Source: Phycisphaerae bacterium | Lineage (GTDB): Bacteria > Planctomycetota > Phycisphaerae > UBA1845 > Fen-1342 | Reading direction: 5' to 3' | DNA: 64,000 nt | Assembly (NCBI GenBank): GCA_050115495.1 | Contig: JASFQK010000017.1 | Coordinates: forward strand, 1-64,000 | Shown: in pieces, positions 36,258 through 46,207 of the stretch | Numbering within the stretch: the first letter of the stretch is position 1 | Layout: every line of letters starts with the position of its first letter | The notes under the pieces: generated by a model | What the model saw: the letters and a program-made list of their open reading frames with translations, nothing else | Databases searched by the model: none | Told to the model about the DNA's origin: nothing | Position numbers and translations under genes: made by a program

Positions 36258-38018
36258 ATGGCCGGTCGCGGGGTGACATCAGCGGGGCGCCCGCCGTGGA
36301 GAGGGATGCGGACGCGGCCGGCGCGGCGGCGCCGTCCATCAGGCGGACGCGCTGTGCCCTTCCTGCTGCTGGTGGTTGCGCTCGTCGCGCTCGTGCTGGG
36401 TGGACGCTGGTACTGGCGGCGGGCGACGCTGCGCTGGGCCGTGTCGGGGGCACTTTCCGCGCTGGCGACCGCCGACTCGCCCGCCGCGGAGGCGACGGCG
36501 CTGAGCAACTGGGCGCGGCAGACGTCGTCCGACTGGGCCGATCGCCGCGAGGAGTTGGTGCAGCTTCTGTGCAAGCAGGTGCGGGCGGGCGATCTGCATG
36601 GCCGCAAGCTGCTGACGTGGTTGACGGGGGCTGATTACGGCGATCGGGCGGACGACTGGGAGCGCTGGCACGAGGCCCGCGAGAAGCAGCGCGACGAGGG
36701 AGCGGAATACGCCGGCGAGGGTGGCGTGCGGCTCAAGCCCGGGTGGGAGGCGCGGATCGGTCTGACGGCGTGGTTCACCACGATTCTGCCGCTGGATGGC
36801 CAGATCTACGTGGCCACGCTGGGCATGGCGTACGACGATCCGCGCGATGAATACGACGGCGTGGTTCGCGTTGACGGCGTCAGCGGAGAGGCGGCGTTCA
36901 TCTTTCAGCCGAGCGACGGGCCGGAGCGCGACATCGTGGGTCTGGCCGCCGGCGACGGTTGCCTGTTCGCCGGCTGTCGCAACGGCGTCGTGTATTGCCT
37001 CGAACCGGACGGGACCGTGCGGTGGGAGGGACGCGCCGGAGCGGCGATCGACGGGCCGCCGCTGGCGATCGACGTGAACGGCGACGGCGTCATCGACGTG
37101 GCCGTGGTCACCGTCGAAGGCCGCGTGGTGGCAATGAGCGGTCACAGCGGGCAGACAATCTGGCGAACGCGAGCGTCGGGGTCATCCGGCGTGGGCGGAG
37201 CCGGCGCGGTGCTCACCGCCGGTAACCTGCTGGGTGGCACCGGGCGTGAAATCGTGGTGACGACGCCAGCCGGCGCGATGCGCGTTCTGGCGGCGCGGAC
37301 CGGCAACGTGCTGTGGGAGAACACGCTCGGGGCGGGCTGCCTGGCCGGAACGATCGTGACGGCGAGGCTGCGCGGTGGTAGTCCACCGGCGTACGTCGCC
37401 GATCGCCAGGCGCGCATCTGGACGCTGTTGCGGGCGGCGCCGGCGATGCAGACCGTGCTGTCCTGGGACCTTGTGCTGCACGAACAAGATGGCATCGTCG
37501 CGGGCCTGCGGACGCTCGCCCGTCGTGATCAGCCACCGCTGGTCATCGCCTGTGTCTCCGGCGGCGGCGACTGGGACGGCAGCGTCTGCGCTGCTGAGCC
37601 GGGCGGTGTGCGCTGGCGCTTCTCCCCTGGCGGCTATATCTGGGCCGCGCCGGCGCTGGCCGATCTGAACGGCGACAAGGAATCCGAGATCGTTCTCGCG
37701 ACGGCCGGCCGCAACGACGCCGAGACAGGTGCCGGACTGATCGTCGTGCTGTCAGCGTCCGGCCATTGCCTTCGCCGCATCACGCTGCCCGCAGCGCCGA
37801 CGTGCTCGCCTATCATTTCCGACGTTGACGGCGACAACGAGTTGGAAGTGCTCGTCGCCGACGCCGGCGGTTGGCTGCGCTGCTTCGATACCGGACGTAT
37901 GGGCGCGGTCGAATGGAGTGTCGGTGGCGGAGATAGCCACAACACACGCGATGCAGAAAACGCGTACAGATACGGCCAGGTTCCGCACGGTGTGCAGTGG
38001 CGCTGGACGCCGGAATGA
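36258..38018 (+). CDS. Membrane-anchored PQQ-like/FG-GAP beta-propeller protein
   Basis: N-terminal TM helix; DVNGDGVIDV, DLNGDKESEI and DVDGDNELEV repeats; TGxxxW blades. Confidence 0.75.
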   Translation: MAGRGVTSAGRPPWRGMRTRPARRRRPSGGRAVPFLLLVVALVALVLGGRWYWRRATLRWAVSGALSALATADSPAAEATALSNWARQTSSDWADRREELVQLLCKQVRAGDLHGRKLLTWLTGADYGDRADDWERWHEAREKQRDEGAEYAGEGGVRLKPGWEARIGLTAWFTTILPLDGQIYVATLGMAYDDPRDEYDGVVRVDGVSGEAAFIFQPSDGPERDIVGLAAGDGCLFAGCRNGVVYCLEPDGTVRWEGRAGAAIDGPPLAIDVNGDGVIDVAVVTVEGRVVAMSGHSGQTIWRTRASGSSGVGGAGAVLTAGNLLGGTGREIVVTTPAGAMRVLAARTGNVLWENTLGAGCLAGTIVTARLRGGSPPAYVADRQARIWTLLRAAPAMQTVLSWDLVLHEQDGIVAGLRTLARRDQPPLVIACVSGGGDWDGSVCAAEPGGVRWRFSPGGYIWAAPALADLNGDKESEIVLATAGRNDAETGAGLIVVLSASGHCLRRITLPAAPTCSPIISDVDGDNELEVLVADAGGWLRCFDTGRMGAVEWSVGGGDSHNTRDAENAYRYGQVPHGVQWRWTPE

Positions 38019-38113
38019 CGCGATATCCGCGCGTGTTCCGGAGGTCGGAAGGCGGGCATGCAGCGGCGCCGTCCGGACGTGTGACCAGCAGCAGCAAGGG
38101 GGAAAGCGAGCGC

Positions 38114-38179
38114 AAAAAAGCACGGGCGGGGGGTACGACCGACCGGGGGGAAATCGGTGCGCACCGCGCGCCGCCCGTA
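38114..38179 (-). ncRNA. Candidate small RNA (long hairpin with C-rich loop and U6 tail)
   Basis: Extended -10 TGCTATAAT at 38193-38185; stems ACGGGCGG/CCGCCCGU, GGUGCG/CGUACC and ACCGAU/GUCGGU; loop UUCCCCCCG; followed by UUUUUU. Confidence 0.45.
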
Positions 38180-38392
38180 CAGTGATTATAGCAATGTTCT
38201 GGTCCGCAATCACGTCCGCGCAGCGTAAAAAAACGTCACGAACTGGCGGGCCGGCAACGACCGATAATTCGAAGCCCGCTTCCCCACCCCGCACGCCGGG
38301 AGCGGGCCCGAACACTCTCCCGGACCAGTCGCCCGCAGGCGGCAGCGCGGGTAGACTGCTGACAGAGCATCGAGGCTGGCTGAGGACGCGCC

Positions 38393-39046
38393 ATGGCTGA
38401 GACGGAGCGTTTGCAGGTCAACGAAATCTTCCATTCGGTTCAGGGCGAAGGGACCCGCGTCGGAGCACGCTGCGTCTTCGTCCGGCTAACCGGCTGTCAC
38501 CTGCGTTGCAGCTATTGCGACACGCAATACGCCTTCCAGGGCGGCGATATGCTCACCACGGCTGAGATTCTCGAACGCGTGCGGGCGTACGGTTGCCCCA
38601 CGGTCGAAGTCACCGGCGGTGAGCCGCTGCTCCAGCAGCCGGTGCACCCTCTCCTGCGGCAACTGGCCGACGAATACGCGACCGTGCTGCTCGAAACCTG
38701 CGGGGCCGTGTCCATCGCCGACGTGGATCCGCGGGTTGTTCGTATTGTAGACATTAAATGCCCGGGCAGCAGCCAATCAGACCGCAACGAGTGGTCAAAC
38801 ATGGAGCTGCTCACGGCGCGGGACGAGGTCAAGTTCGTCGTGCTCAACCGCACCGATTACAACTGGGCCAAGGACGTCATCGCCCGGTATGACCTGCTAG
38901 CCCGCTGCCCGGTGCTGATCGCCCCGGTGTTCGGCGTGCTCGAACCGGTGGACCTGACGAGCTGGATTCTCGAAGACCGGCTCGACGTGCGGCTGGGCCT
39001 GCAGCTGCACAAGGTCATCTGGCCGGCGACGAAGATGGGCGTTTGA
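38393..39046 (+). CDS. queE: 7-carboxy-7-deazaguanine synthase (radical SAM)
   Basis: EIFHSVQGEG, CHLRCSYCDT, TGGEPL, QLHKVIW. Confidence 0.95.
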   Translation: MAETERLQVNEIFHSVQGEGTRVGARCVFVRLTGCHLRCSYCDTQYAFQGGDMLTTAEILERVRAYGCPTVEVTGGEPLLQQPVHPLLRQLADEYATVLLETCGAVSIADVDPRVVRIVDIKCPGSSQSDRNEWSNMELLTARDEVKFVVLNRTDYNWAKDVIARYDLLARCPVLIAPVFGVLEPVDLTSWILEDRLDVRLGLQLHKVIWPATKMGV

Positions 39047-39071
39047 GCAACGTGAGGTAGTAACGACGAAC

Positions 39072-39434
39072 ATGCGGGCGCGACTGACGAAAACCATCGA
39101 TTTTGAGGCGGCGCACTGGTTGCCGACGTTTCCCGAAGGGCACAAGTGCCGGCGGCTGCACGGCCACAGCTTTCGCGTCGAGATCGTCGTCGAGGGCGAA
39201 GTGGACGAGGCCCGCGGCTACCTGGTCGACTACGGCGAGATCAAGCGAGCCTGCGCCCCGGTGCGCGAGCAGCTCGACCACTACTGCCTCAACGAAATCC
39301 CCGGCCTCGAAAACCCCACCGCCGAAATGCTGGCCCGCTGGATCTGGCAGCAATTGCGGCCGGCCCTGCCGCTGTTGGCGGCGATCATCGTGCACGAAAC
39401 CTGCAACAGCGTTTGTGAATATCGCGGCGAGTGA
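39072..39434 (+). CDS. queD: 6-carboxy-5,6,7,8-tetrahydropterin synthase
   Basis: FEAAH, CRRLHGHS, LDH, ENPTAE, HET. Confidence 0.95.
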   Translation: MRARLTKTIDFEAAHWLPTFPEGHKCRRLHGHSFRVEIVVEGEVDEARGYLVDYGEIKRACAPVREQLDHYCLNEIPGLENPTAEMLARWIWQQLRPALPLLAAIIVHETCNSVCEYRGE

Positions 39435-39452
39435 CGCGGCTGCCGAAGCCGG

Positions 39453-40166
39453 TCAGTTCATCCGCCAGGCGGCGCCGGGCTGCTGGGTCCGGCGGGCGCG
39501 GGTGATAGCGGCCAGTGTCCGGATGTGGTCGATGAGGATGCTGGTGCGGGCGGCGGCGTCGGGCTCGGCGAGCAAGTCCTGCCGCAGCTCGGCGTCGATG
39601 GGCAGACCGCTGGCGATGAGATCCGCCAGATCGCCGAGCTCCAGTTGCGTGTCGAAGAGCCGCAGCCAGTGGCCGAGAATCTCGGAATCGGCGACGGATT
39701 CGGCACGGAGCGTCTTCTGCAGCGTGCTGCGAAGGAACTTGAGCTGGCAAGGCATGCTCTTCGGCGGCAGCTCGAGCGAGGCGATGCGGGCCATGCGGTA
39801 CGGCTCGTGCGGCACCTCTTCGCAGATGCGGGCCCGGCCGACGCCGCGGAGAAGGATGTTGTAGTTGCCGTCGTCGAGCTCCTCGGAGGCGAGGATCTGG
39901 CCGATGCCGAGGACGGAGTGAATGGGGGCCCGCAATGTGTAGTACGCCGGCTCGAAACCGGGCTTGAGCAGGGCCGTTGCCATGATACGGTCGCCGGCGA
40001 GGGCGTCGGCGGTCATCTCACGATAGCGCGGCTCGAAGACGTGCAGCGGCAACACGGCGCGCGGAAAGAGCACGACCTCCGGCAGTGGGAAGATCGGTAC
40101 GACCGAGGGAATCTCGATGATCTGATCGTCCAGCAAGGGCGAAAGTGCCTCACGAGCAAGTGCCAA
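39453..40166 (-). CDS. LON peptidase substrate-binding-domain protein
   Basis: PIFPLPEVVLFP...LPLHVFEPRYREM, DGNYNILLRG; start uncertain (TTG 40166 or 40136). Confidence 0.88.
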   Translation of the reverse strand: MALAREALSPLLDDQIIEIPSVVPIFPLPEVVLFPRAVLPLHVFEPRYREMTADALAGDRIMATALLKPGFEPAYYTLRAPIHSVLGIGQILASEELDDGNYNILLRGVGRARICEEVPHEPYRMARIASLELPPKSMPCQLKFLRSTLQKTLRAESVADSEILGHWLRLFDTQLELGDLADLIASGLPIDAELRQDLLAEPDAAARTSILIDHIRTLAAITRARRTQQPGAAWRMN

Positions 40167-40300
40167 CAACGGGATTATAGTCCCATTCCGGCGTTCGGCA
40201 CGGTTGATTGTCGATCGAGCTGGCGGCGTAGCGGGAAGATGCCCGCTGCGTAGAGGACGATCGGCGGGTGGAACCCGCCCTACGCCGCGGACGCGACGTT

Positions 40301-41026
40301 TCACCGCCGCGGTTGAAGCGCTGCGGTCAGTTGAGCGGCGCTGCGAAACGGCCGGCCGGCGAGGTGCGTGAGGTGGTAGTCCTGTAACGAGAACCAGGCG
40401 AGTGCGTCGCCGGTTCGCGGGGTGCCGTCGGCCATCCCCGCCGGCAGACGGCGCTTCTCGGTGTAGTGCATCTCGCAATCGCGGCAGAGCAACCCGCCGG
40501 CGGTCGAGCTGAAATACGCCGGCGCGCCGGGTCGGCGGTGACGGCGGCAGCCGACGCAATGCTCGAAGTTGGGCGCATACCCGAGCGCGGCGAGCAGATC
40601 ACTCTGAAAGACAGCCAGCACGCGCGCGGACTCGCCCTCCCCGGCCAGCCCGGCGAGAGCCTCGCACAGGGCGGCGAACAGCTCCGGATGTGGATCGTCC
40701 TGCTCGGTAAGGCCGGCGACGAGCTCCGCGGCGTACAGCCCGCCGTAGAGCCGTTCCGCCGCCCGCCGCAGGCCGAGGAAGGCGTCGCGCTGCACCCACT
40801 CGGTGAGGGTGCCCAGTTGGGCGTCGCCGCGGGCCGGGACGAAGCTGACCTCGCCGAGTTCGAGGACGTCGAGGCCGGCGGCGAAGCGTTTGGCGGTGCT
40901 GCGGCGGGCGCCCTTAGCGATGAGGCGGAGCAACCCATGCCGCGCCGAAAAGAGCGTGGCGATCTGCGACGTCTCCGAATACTCGGTGAGACGAAGGACG
41001 ACGGCCTGATCACTCTGCACGGGCAT
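40301..41026 (-). CDS. recO: DNA repair protein RecO
   Basis: AVVLRLTEYSETSQI, IAKGARR, GYAPNFEHCVGC...GGLLCRDC Zn finger. Confidence 0.93.
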   Translation of the reverse strand: MPVQSDQAVVLRLTEYSETSQIATLFSARHGLLRLIAKGARRSTAKRFAAGLDVLELGEVSFVPARGDAQLGTLTEWVQRDAFLGLRRAAERLYGGLYAAELVAGLTEQDDPHPELFAALCEALAGLAGEGESARVLAVFQSDLLAALGYAPNFEHCVGCRRHRRPGAPAYFSSTAGGLLCRDCEMHYTEKRRLPAGMADGTPRTGDALAWFSLQDYHLTHLAGRPFRSAAQLTAALQPRR

Positions 41027-41141
41027 ACTGGTCGAGGGTCCCTGGCCCCGAGTGCCTTGGTGGCGACAATCCGGATAGATACAATAGTCCGGCCGCCGGA
41101 CGATGGGGAGCGGGATCCGGCGTAAATGAGGGCAGGCAGCG

Positions 41142-41459
41142 ATGGACGCCCCCGATTTGCAGGAGTTCCTGGGCCGCCGCGTGGTTCTGGATACGCAGGG
41201 GCCGCTGTTATACATCGGGCGGCTAGTAGCCTGGGATCGGCGGGGCTACTGGCTCGAACAGGCCGACATGCACGACTGCCACGACGGGCACGCCTCGAAA
41301 GAGGAGTACGTGAGCGAGGCCCACAAGCTCGAACGGGAGGGATCACAGCACGTCAACCGTCGCCGGGTGTTCGTCGCCCGGCACGCCATCGTCAGCGTGT
41401 CCGCCCTGGATGACGTGGTCACCGACGGCACCGAGGAACAGGGAGCCTGGGTCCCATGA
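41142..41459 (+). CDS. Small hypothetical protein (possible Sm/LSm-like beta fold)
   Basis: GRRVVLDT...YIGRL...LEQADMHD; ATGA overlap with the next gene. Confidence 0.65.
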   Translation: MDAPDLQEFLGRRVVLDTQGPLLYIGRLVAWDRRGYWLEQADMHDCHDGHASKEEYVSEAHKLEREGSQHVNRRRVFVARHAIVSVSALDDVVTDGTEEQGAWVP

Positions 41460-42487
41460 GACTGACCTACACGCGCCAGCGCATCCGCCCGCGCCACCGT
41501 TTCGCCACCTCACAGGGCGGGATCGACGAGAAGGAAACGCTCGTCGTCCGCCTCGAAAGCGAAGGCGTCGTCGGCTGGGGGGACGTCGTGCCCTCAGCCT
41601 TGTACGGCCAGTCGCTCGAATCCTCCGCGGCGGCGCTGAACGGCATGGCGGATCTGCTCGGCGACGATCCGTTCGCGGTCGAGACTATTCTGGGGCGACT
41701 GCTCGACGCCTTCGACGATCAGCGAGCGGCGATAGCCGGCATGGACAGTGCGCTGTACGACTGGATCGGGCGACGGCTGGGTCTGCCGGTCTGGCGTCTG
41801 CTCGGCCTCGATCGCCCGCGGAAGCGAACGACGTTCACGATCGGCGTGGCGGAGCTGTCGGAGATTCGCGTCAAGATCGACGAAGCCCTCGCCGCCGGCT
41901 ACGACGCGCTCAAGGTGAAGGTCGGCACGGACCACGACGACGAAACGCTGACGATGATCCGCGAGATCTTCGACGGGCCGCTGTTCGTGGATGCGAACCA
42001 GGCGTGGGCTCCGGACGAAGCCACCGAGCGCATCCGCGCTCTGGCTCGCTTCCGTCTGGCGCTGATCGAGCAACCGCTGCGCAAGGAGGACTGGCGCGAG
42101 ATGGCCGGCCTGCGCAAGCTGGGCGTGGCCCCCATCTTCGCTGACGAGAGTTGCGAGCGTCCGGCGGACGTGGTGCGTCTGCACGGCTGCGTCGACGGCG
42201 TTAACATCAAATTCACAAAGTGCGGCGGCATCCGCGAGGCCATGCGCATGATCACGCTGGCCCGCGGATTGGGCATGGGCGTGATGCTCGGCTGTTTCGT
42301 CTCGAGCAGCCTGGCGATCGCCCCCGCCCTGACGCTCGCCAGCCTCGTCGATCACGCCGATCTCGATGGCCACCTGCTGCTGGCGGACGATCCCTTCGAA
42401 GGTATCGGACGCGAGGGTTCGGTCGTCGAGCTCGGCGACCGGCCCGGCCTAGGCATCGAGCCGCGGCGTAACCGTGTCGCACCCTGA
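41456..42487 (+). CDS. Dipeptide (L-Ala-D/L-Glu) epimerase, enolase superfamily
   Basis: LKVKVG, DAN, EQP, ADES, NIKFTKCGG, DLDG. Confidence 0.9.
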   Translation: MRLTYTRQRIRPRHRFATSQGGIDEKETLVVRLESEGVVGWGDVVPSALYGQSLESSAAALNGMADLLGDDPFAVETILGRLLDAFDDQRAAIAGMDSALYDWIGRRLGLPVWRLLGLDRPRKRTTFTIGVAELSEIRVKIDEALAAGYDALKVKVGTDHDDETLTMIREIFDGPLFVDANQAWAPDEATERIRALARFRLALIEQPLRKEDWREMAGLRKLGVAPIFADESCERPADVVRLHGCVDGVNIKFTKCGGIREAMRMITLARGLGMGVMLGCFVSSSLAIAPALTLASLVDHADLDGHLLLADDPFEGIGREGSVVELGDRPGLGIEPRRNRVAP

Positions 42488-42548
42488 GGCGGTGGCTCCT
42501 CCCACCGAACCTTGGTACGCCACCAACGCCCAGCTACAATTACCTGTG

Positions 42549-43766
42549 ATGGACAACACTGACGCCGAAATGCGGATCACCACCGCCGTCGCCACGACGG
42601 TGCAAGCTGAGTCCCTGGTGGACCACCTGGTGGACCAGGTGCGCGCCGGTCTGGCCGGCCAATCGGTCGACCTGTGCCTGGTCTTCGCCAGCGCGGATTT
42701 TCAGGAACGGCTCGACGAGCTAGCCCTCGAACTGCACGAGCGGCTGGCCCCCCATACGTTCGCCGGCACGAGCGCCGAAACAGTCATCGCCGGCGGGCAC
42801 GAATACGAAGGTCAACCGGCGCTGGCGGTGTGGGCGGCGCACATGCCCGGTGTGCACGCGCAAGCGTTTCACCTGGCGGTTGGAGACCTGCCCAACGTCG
42901 CTGCCCGCGACGAATTGCTGGAGCTGGTTGGCGCGCCGCTCGGCGGCAACCCGTCGTTCCTGCTCTTCGCCGATCCGTTCAGCTTCAACCCGCCGCACCT
43001 GCTGAACCTGCTGGAACGCTTGCAGGAACTCTACCCGGGTCGGCCGGTGCTGGGCGGGCTGGCCTCCGCCGCCAAGGAGCCGGGGCAGAACCGCCTGTTG
43101 TTCGAGGGGCAAACGCTGCGTCACGGGCTGGTCGGCGTCGCCTTGTGGGGTAACCTGCGGGTCGACACCGTCGTCTCGCAGGGCTGCCGCCCGATCGGCC
43201 GGCACATGGTCATCACGCGTGCCGATCAGAACATCATCTACGAGCTCGGTGGCCGATCGCCGCTCGAAGTGATCAAGCACCTGCTCATCGACAGCGAGCC
43301 GCGCGATCGGCGGCTGCTGCGCGAGCGCGGCCTGCTGGTCGGCTGCGTCATCAACGAGTATCAGAAGGAGTTCGGCCAGGGCGATTTTCTGATTCGCAGC
43401 CTCATCGGCATCGACGAGAAGTCGGGGGCGATGGCAGTGAGCGACCTGATTCGCACGGGGCAGACGGTCCAGTTCCACGTTCGCGACGGTGACTCCGCCG
43501 CCGAGGATCTGGCCGCCATGCTCACGCCGATGCGCGAGGCACGGGCCGCCGGGGCGCTGCTGTTCACCTGCAACGGTCGCGGCACGCAGCTTTTCGAGGA
43601 TCGGCACCACGATGCCCTGGCCGTGCAACGGGCGGGTGGGAACGCTCCGGTCGCCGGCTTCTTCTGTGCCGGCGAGATCGGTCCGGTCGGTACGCACAAT
43701 TTCCTCCACGGCCACACGGCCAGCATCGGTTTCTTCCGTGCGGCCGAATCGAGATCCGATGGCTGA
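42549..43766 (+). CDS. FIST N/C-domain signal transduction protein
   Basis: ADPFSF, GGLAS, VSQGCRPIG, QFHVRD, LFTCNGRG, GFFCAGEIGP, HGHT. Confidence 0.9.
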   Translation: MDNTDAEMRITTAVATTVQAESLVDHLVDQVRAGLAGQSVDLCLVFASADFQERLDELALELHERLAPHTFAGTSAETVIAGGHEYEGQPALAVWAAHMPGVHAQAFHLAVGDLPNVAARDELLELVGAPLGGNPSFLLFADPFSFNPPHLLNLLERLQELYPGRPVLGGLASAAKEPGQNRLLFEGQTLRHGLVGVALWGNLRVDTVVSQGCRPIGRHMVITRADQNIIYELGGRSPLEVIKHLLIDSEPRDRRLLRERGLLVGCVINEYQKEFGQGDFLIRSLIGIDEKSGAMAVSDLIRTGQTVQFHVRDGDSAAEDLAAMLTPMREARAAGALLFTCNGRGTQLFEDRHHDALAVQRAGGNAPVAGFFCAGEIGPVGTHNFLHGHTASIGFFRAAESRSDG

Positions 43767-44178
43767 ACCCGGCGGGCAAGCGGGACGACGGCGACTGACT
43801 CGTGACCTGCGCGTGCGGCGGCGCCGGGACTTCGAGCGTGTCTTCGCCGTGGCCGTGCGCTTCGGCGACAGCCGGCTGACGGTGTGGGGTCTGGCCAACG
43901 AGACCGGGTATACGCGGCTGGGGCTGGTGGTCGGCCGCCGACATGGCAACGCCGTCCGCCGCAACCGCCTGAAACGCGTGCTGCGCGAGGCGTTCCGGCT
44001 GTCGCGGCCGGAGCTGCCGGTCGGATTGGACTTGGTGTGCAGCCCGCGCGTCGGGGCGGACCTGAGGCTGGAGAGCTGCCGCCGATCGCTCGCCCATCTG
44101 GCCGAGCGCATCGCGCAACGTATTCATACGAAACCTGAACGGACCAGGCGAGGGACGGGCGCAGATGGCAATGCGTGA
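43759..44178 (+). CDS. rnpA: Ribonuclease P protein component
   Basis: RLGLVVGRRHGNAVRRNRLKRVLREAFRL (RNR motif). Confidence 0.93.
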   Translation: MAEPGGQAGRRRLTRDLRVRRRRDFERVFAVAVRFGDSRLTVWGLANETGYTRLGLVVGRRHGNAVRRNRLKRVLREAFRLSRPELPVGLDLVCSPRVGADLRLESCRRSLAHLAERIAQRIHTKPERTRRGTGADGNA

Positions 44179-45370
44179 GGGAAGACCCATCCTGGTTCTG
44201 ACGGCGTCCACCGGCGCCGGGCACAACACGGCCGCCCGGGCCATCGAGGCCGCGCTGCACGCCGCGGTGCCGGACCAGATCGTCGAGTATCACGATGTGC
44301 TTGAATCCGCCGGCCGCTGTTTCCGCGGCTTCTACGGCGGCGGCTACCGGGCCCTGGTACGCCACCTGCCGTGTGCGATGGGCTGGCTTTACGAACGGGC
44401 GGATCAGCCCAACCGCCCGCTCGAAACGCGCGTGCACAAGGCGGTCCAGACCGCGCTCACCGGCGGCATCGCCCGCTACATCGAGCAACGCCGACCGCGT
44501 CTGGTGATCAACACGCACTACTTGCCGGGAGACATCGTGGCCCGGCTGCGGCTGCTCGGCCGGCTCGACTGCCCTCAGGTCGTCGTCACGACCGATTTCG
44601 AGACGCATCGCATCTGGGTCAACGCCTGCACCGAGCGCTACTACACCGCCACCGCGATGGGCCGCGAGTACCTGCGGCAATGCGGCGCACCGGGCGAGCG
44701 CGTGCTCGTCACGGGCATCCCCGTGCGGCCCGGGTTCGAGCAGCCACCCGAACGCGACGCGCTCCGCGCCCGGCTCGGGCTCGATGGCGAGGGGCCGGTG
44801 GTGCTCCTGTTGGCCGGCGGCGTGGGCTACAGCCGCCCGGAGCGCCTGGTCGAAGAGCTGATCCACATGCCGGCCGACGCCCAGATCGCCGTCGTCGCCG
44901 GGAAAAACGAGCGTTTGCAGCGCCGGTGCGAGGATCTCGCCCGCCGGACGCCGCGGCGCGTCGTTGTCAGCGGCTATACAGACCGCGTCTTCGAGTGGAT
45001 GCACGCGGCGGACCTGATGGTGAGCAAGCCCGGCGGGCTGACGACGTCCGAGGCGCTGGTCTGCGGATTGCCGCTCGTGCTGGTCGATCCGATCCCCGGG
45101 CAGGAAACACGTAACGCCGACTACCTGCTCGAACACGGCGCAGCCATCAAGGTGAACGACCCGCGTCTGCTCGGCCACCGCGTGAGCCAGCTCCTGACCA
45201 CGCCGACGCAGCTCGAACGGCGACGGGTGGCCGCCCGTACGCTGGCCCGGCCCGGCGCGGCGGGACGCATCGTGGCCGACGCCCTGTCGCTCCTGCCCGA
45301 CAGCCCCGCCGCCCCTGCGCCGGCGGCCGACCCCGGCCCGCCGTCGACAGCCCGCGTCCCCAGCGTCTAG
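44165..45370 (+). CDS. MGDG synthase/UgtP-like diacylglycerol glycosyltransferase (GT28)
   Basis: STGAGH, NTHY, VTTDF...HRIW, TGIPV, KPGGLTTSE, PIPGQE. Confidence 0.9.
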   Translation: MAMREGRPILVLTASTGAGHNTAARAIEAALHAAVPDQIVEYHDVLESAGRCFRGFYGGGYRALVRHLPCAMGWLYERADQPNRPLETRVHKAVQTALTGGIARYIEQRRPRLVINTHYLPGDIVARLRLLGRLDCPQVVVTTDFETHRIWVNACTERYYTATAMGREYLRQCGAPGERVLVTGIPVRPGFEQPPERDALRARLGLDGEGPVVLLLAGGVGYSRPERLVEELIHMPADAQIAVVAGKNERLQRRCEDLARRTPRRVVVSGYTDRVFEWMHAADLMVSKPGGLTTSEALVCGLPLVLVDPIPGQETRNADYLLEHGAAIKVNDPRLLGHRVSQLLTTPTQLERRRVAARTLARPGAAGRIVADALSLLPDSPAAPAPAADPGPPSTARVPSV

Positions 45371-45463
45371 AATCGACCTGCCGGCTTCTCCCGGCGTGCC
45401 GAACGCCGGCCCGCGCCTACAATCGGGCTATAGCCGAAGCGAGCCGCCCCTGGAGCAACGACC

Positions 45464-46207
45464 GTGCGTTATCTGGTCGCCATACCCGTTTACAACGAGG
45501 AGCGTTATCTGCCGCGTGTGCTGGCGGCTGTGATGCGCCTCACACGCGACGTCCTGGTCGTCGACGACGGCTCGACGGACGCCACCCCCGCCCTGCTTGC
45601 CGAGTACCCAGCCATTCACCGGCTGCGGCACCTGGAGAACCGCGGCTACGGCCAGAGCCTGATCCACGCGTTCCGCTTCGCCGCCCGCAGCGGTTTCGAC
45701 TGGGTCATCACGATGGACTGCGACGAGCAGCACGAGCCCGCCCAGATCGGCGAGTTCGTGGCTCATATCCGCGACAACCGGGCCGACGTCATCAGCGGCT
45801 CGCGCTACCTGCGTGAATACCCGAACGATGACACCGCCCCGCCCGAACGCCGCCGGATCAACCAGACGGTCAATATCGTCCTCGCCCAGACGCTGGGCCT
45901 GCACCTGACCGACTCGTTTTGCGGGTTCAAGGCCCACCGCGTGGCGGCGATGCAGCGTCTCACGCTCGACGAGCCGGGTTATGCCTTCCCGATGCAATTC
46001 TGGGTCCAGTGTGTCCGGGCCGGCCTGCGTATCCAGGAGATCCCCGTCCGGCGAATCTACCGCGATACGAACCGGGAGTTCGGCGGGACACTGGACGATC
46101 CGACGGCGCGACTGCAACATTACCTGGAAGTGTTGACCCGCGAGCTCCAACGCGAGCCGCTGTTCGTCGTGCCCCACGATACGTGCACAGGATGTCATTG
46201 CCCCTAA
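45464..46207 (+). CDS. Glycosyltransferase family 2 (DPM-synthase-like)
   Basis: IPVYNE, VDDGSTD, NRGYG, TMDCDEQH, DSFCGFKA. Confidence 0.9.
   Translation: MRYLVAIPVYNEERYLPRVLAAVMRLTRDVLVVDDGSTDATPALLAEYPAIHRLRHLENRGYGQSLIHAFRFAARSGFDWVITMDCDEQHEPAQIGEFVAHIRDNRADVISGSRYLREYPNDDTAPPERRRINQTVNIVLAQTLGLHLTDSFCGFKAHRVAAMQRLTLDEPGYAFPMQFWVQCVRAGLRIQEIPVRRIYRDTNREFGGTLDDPTARLQHYLEVLTRELQREPLFVVPHDTCTGCHCP

Noticed and set aside
38200..38392. Possible preQ1 riboswitch upstream of queE-queD
   Set aside because: No preQ1 consensus (short stem with conserved loop and A-rich tail) is recognisable on the plus strand.
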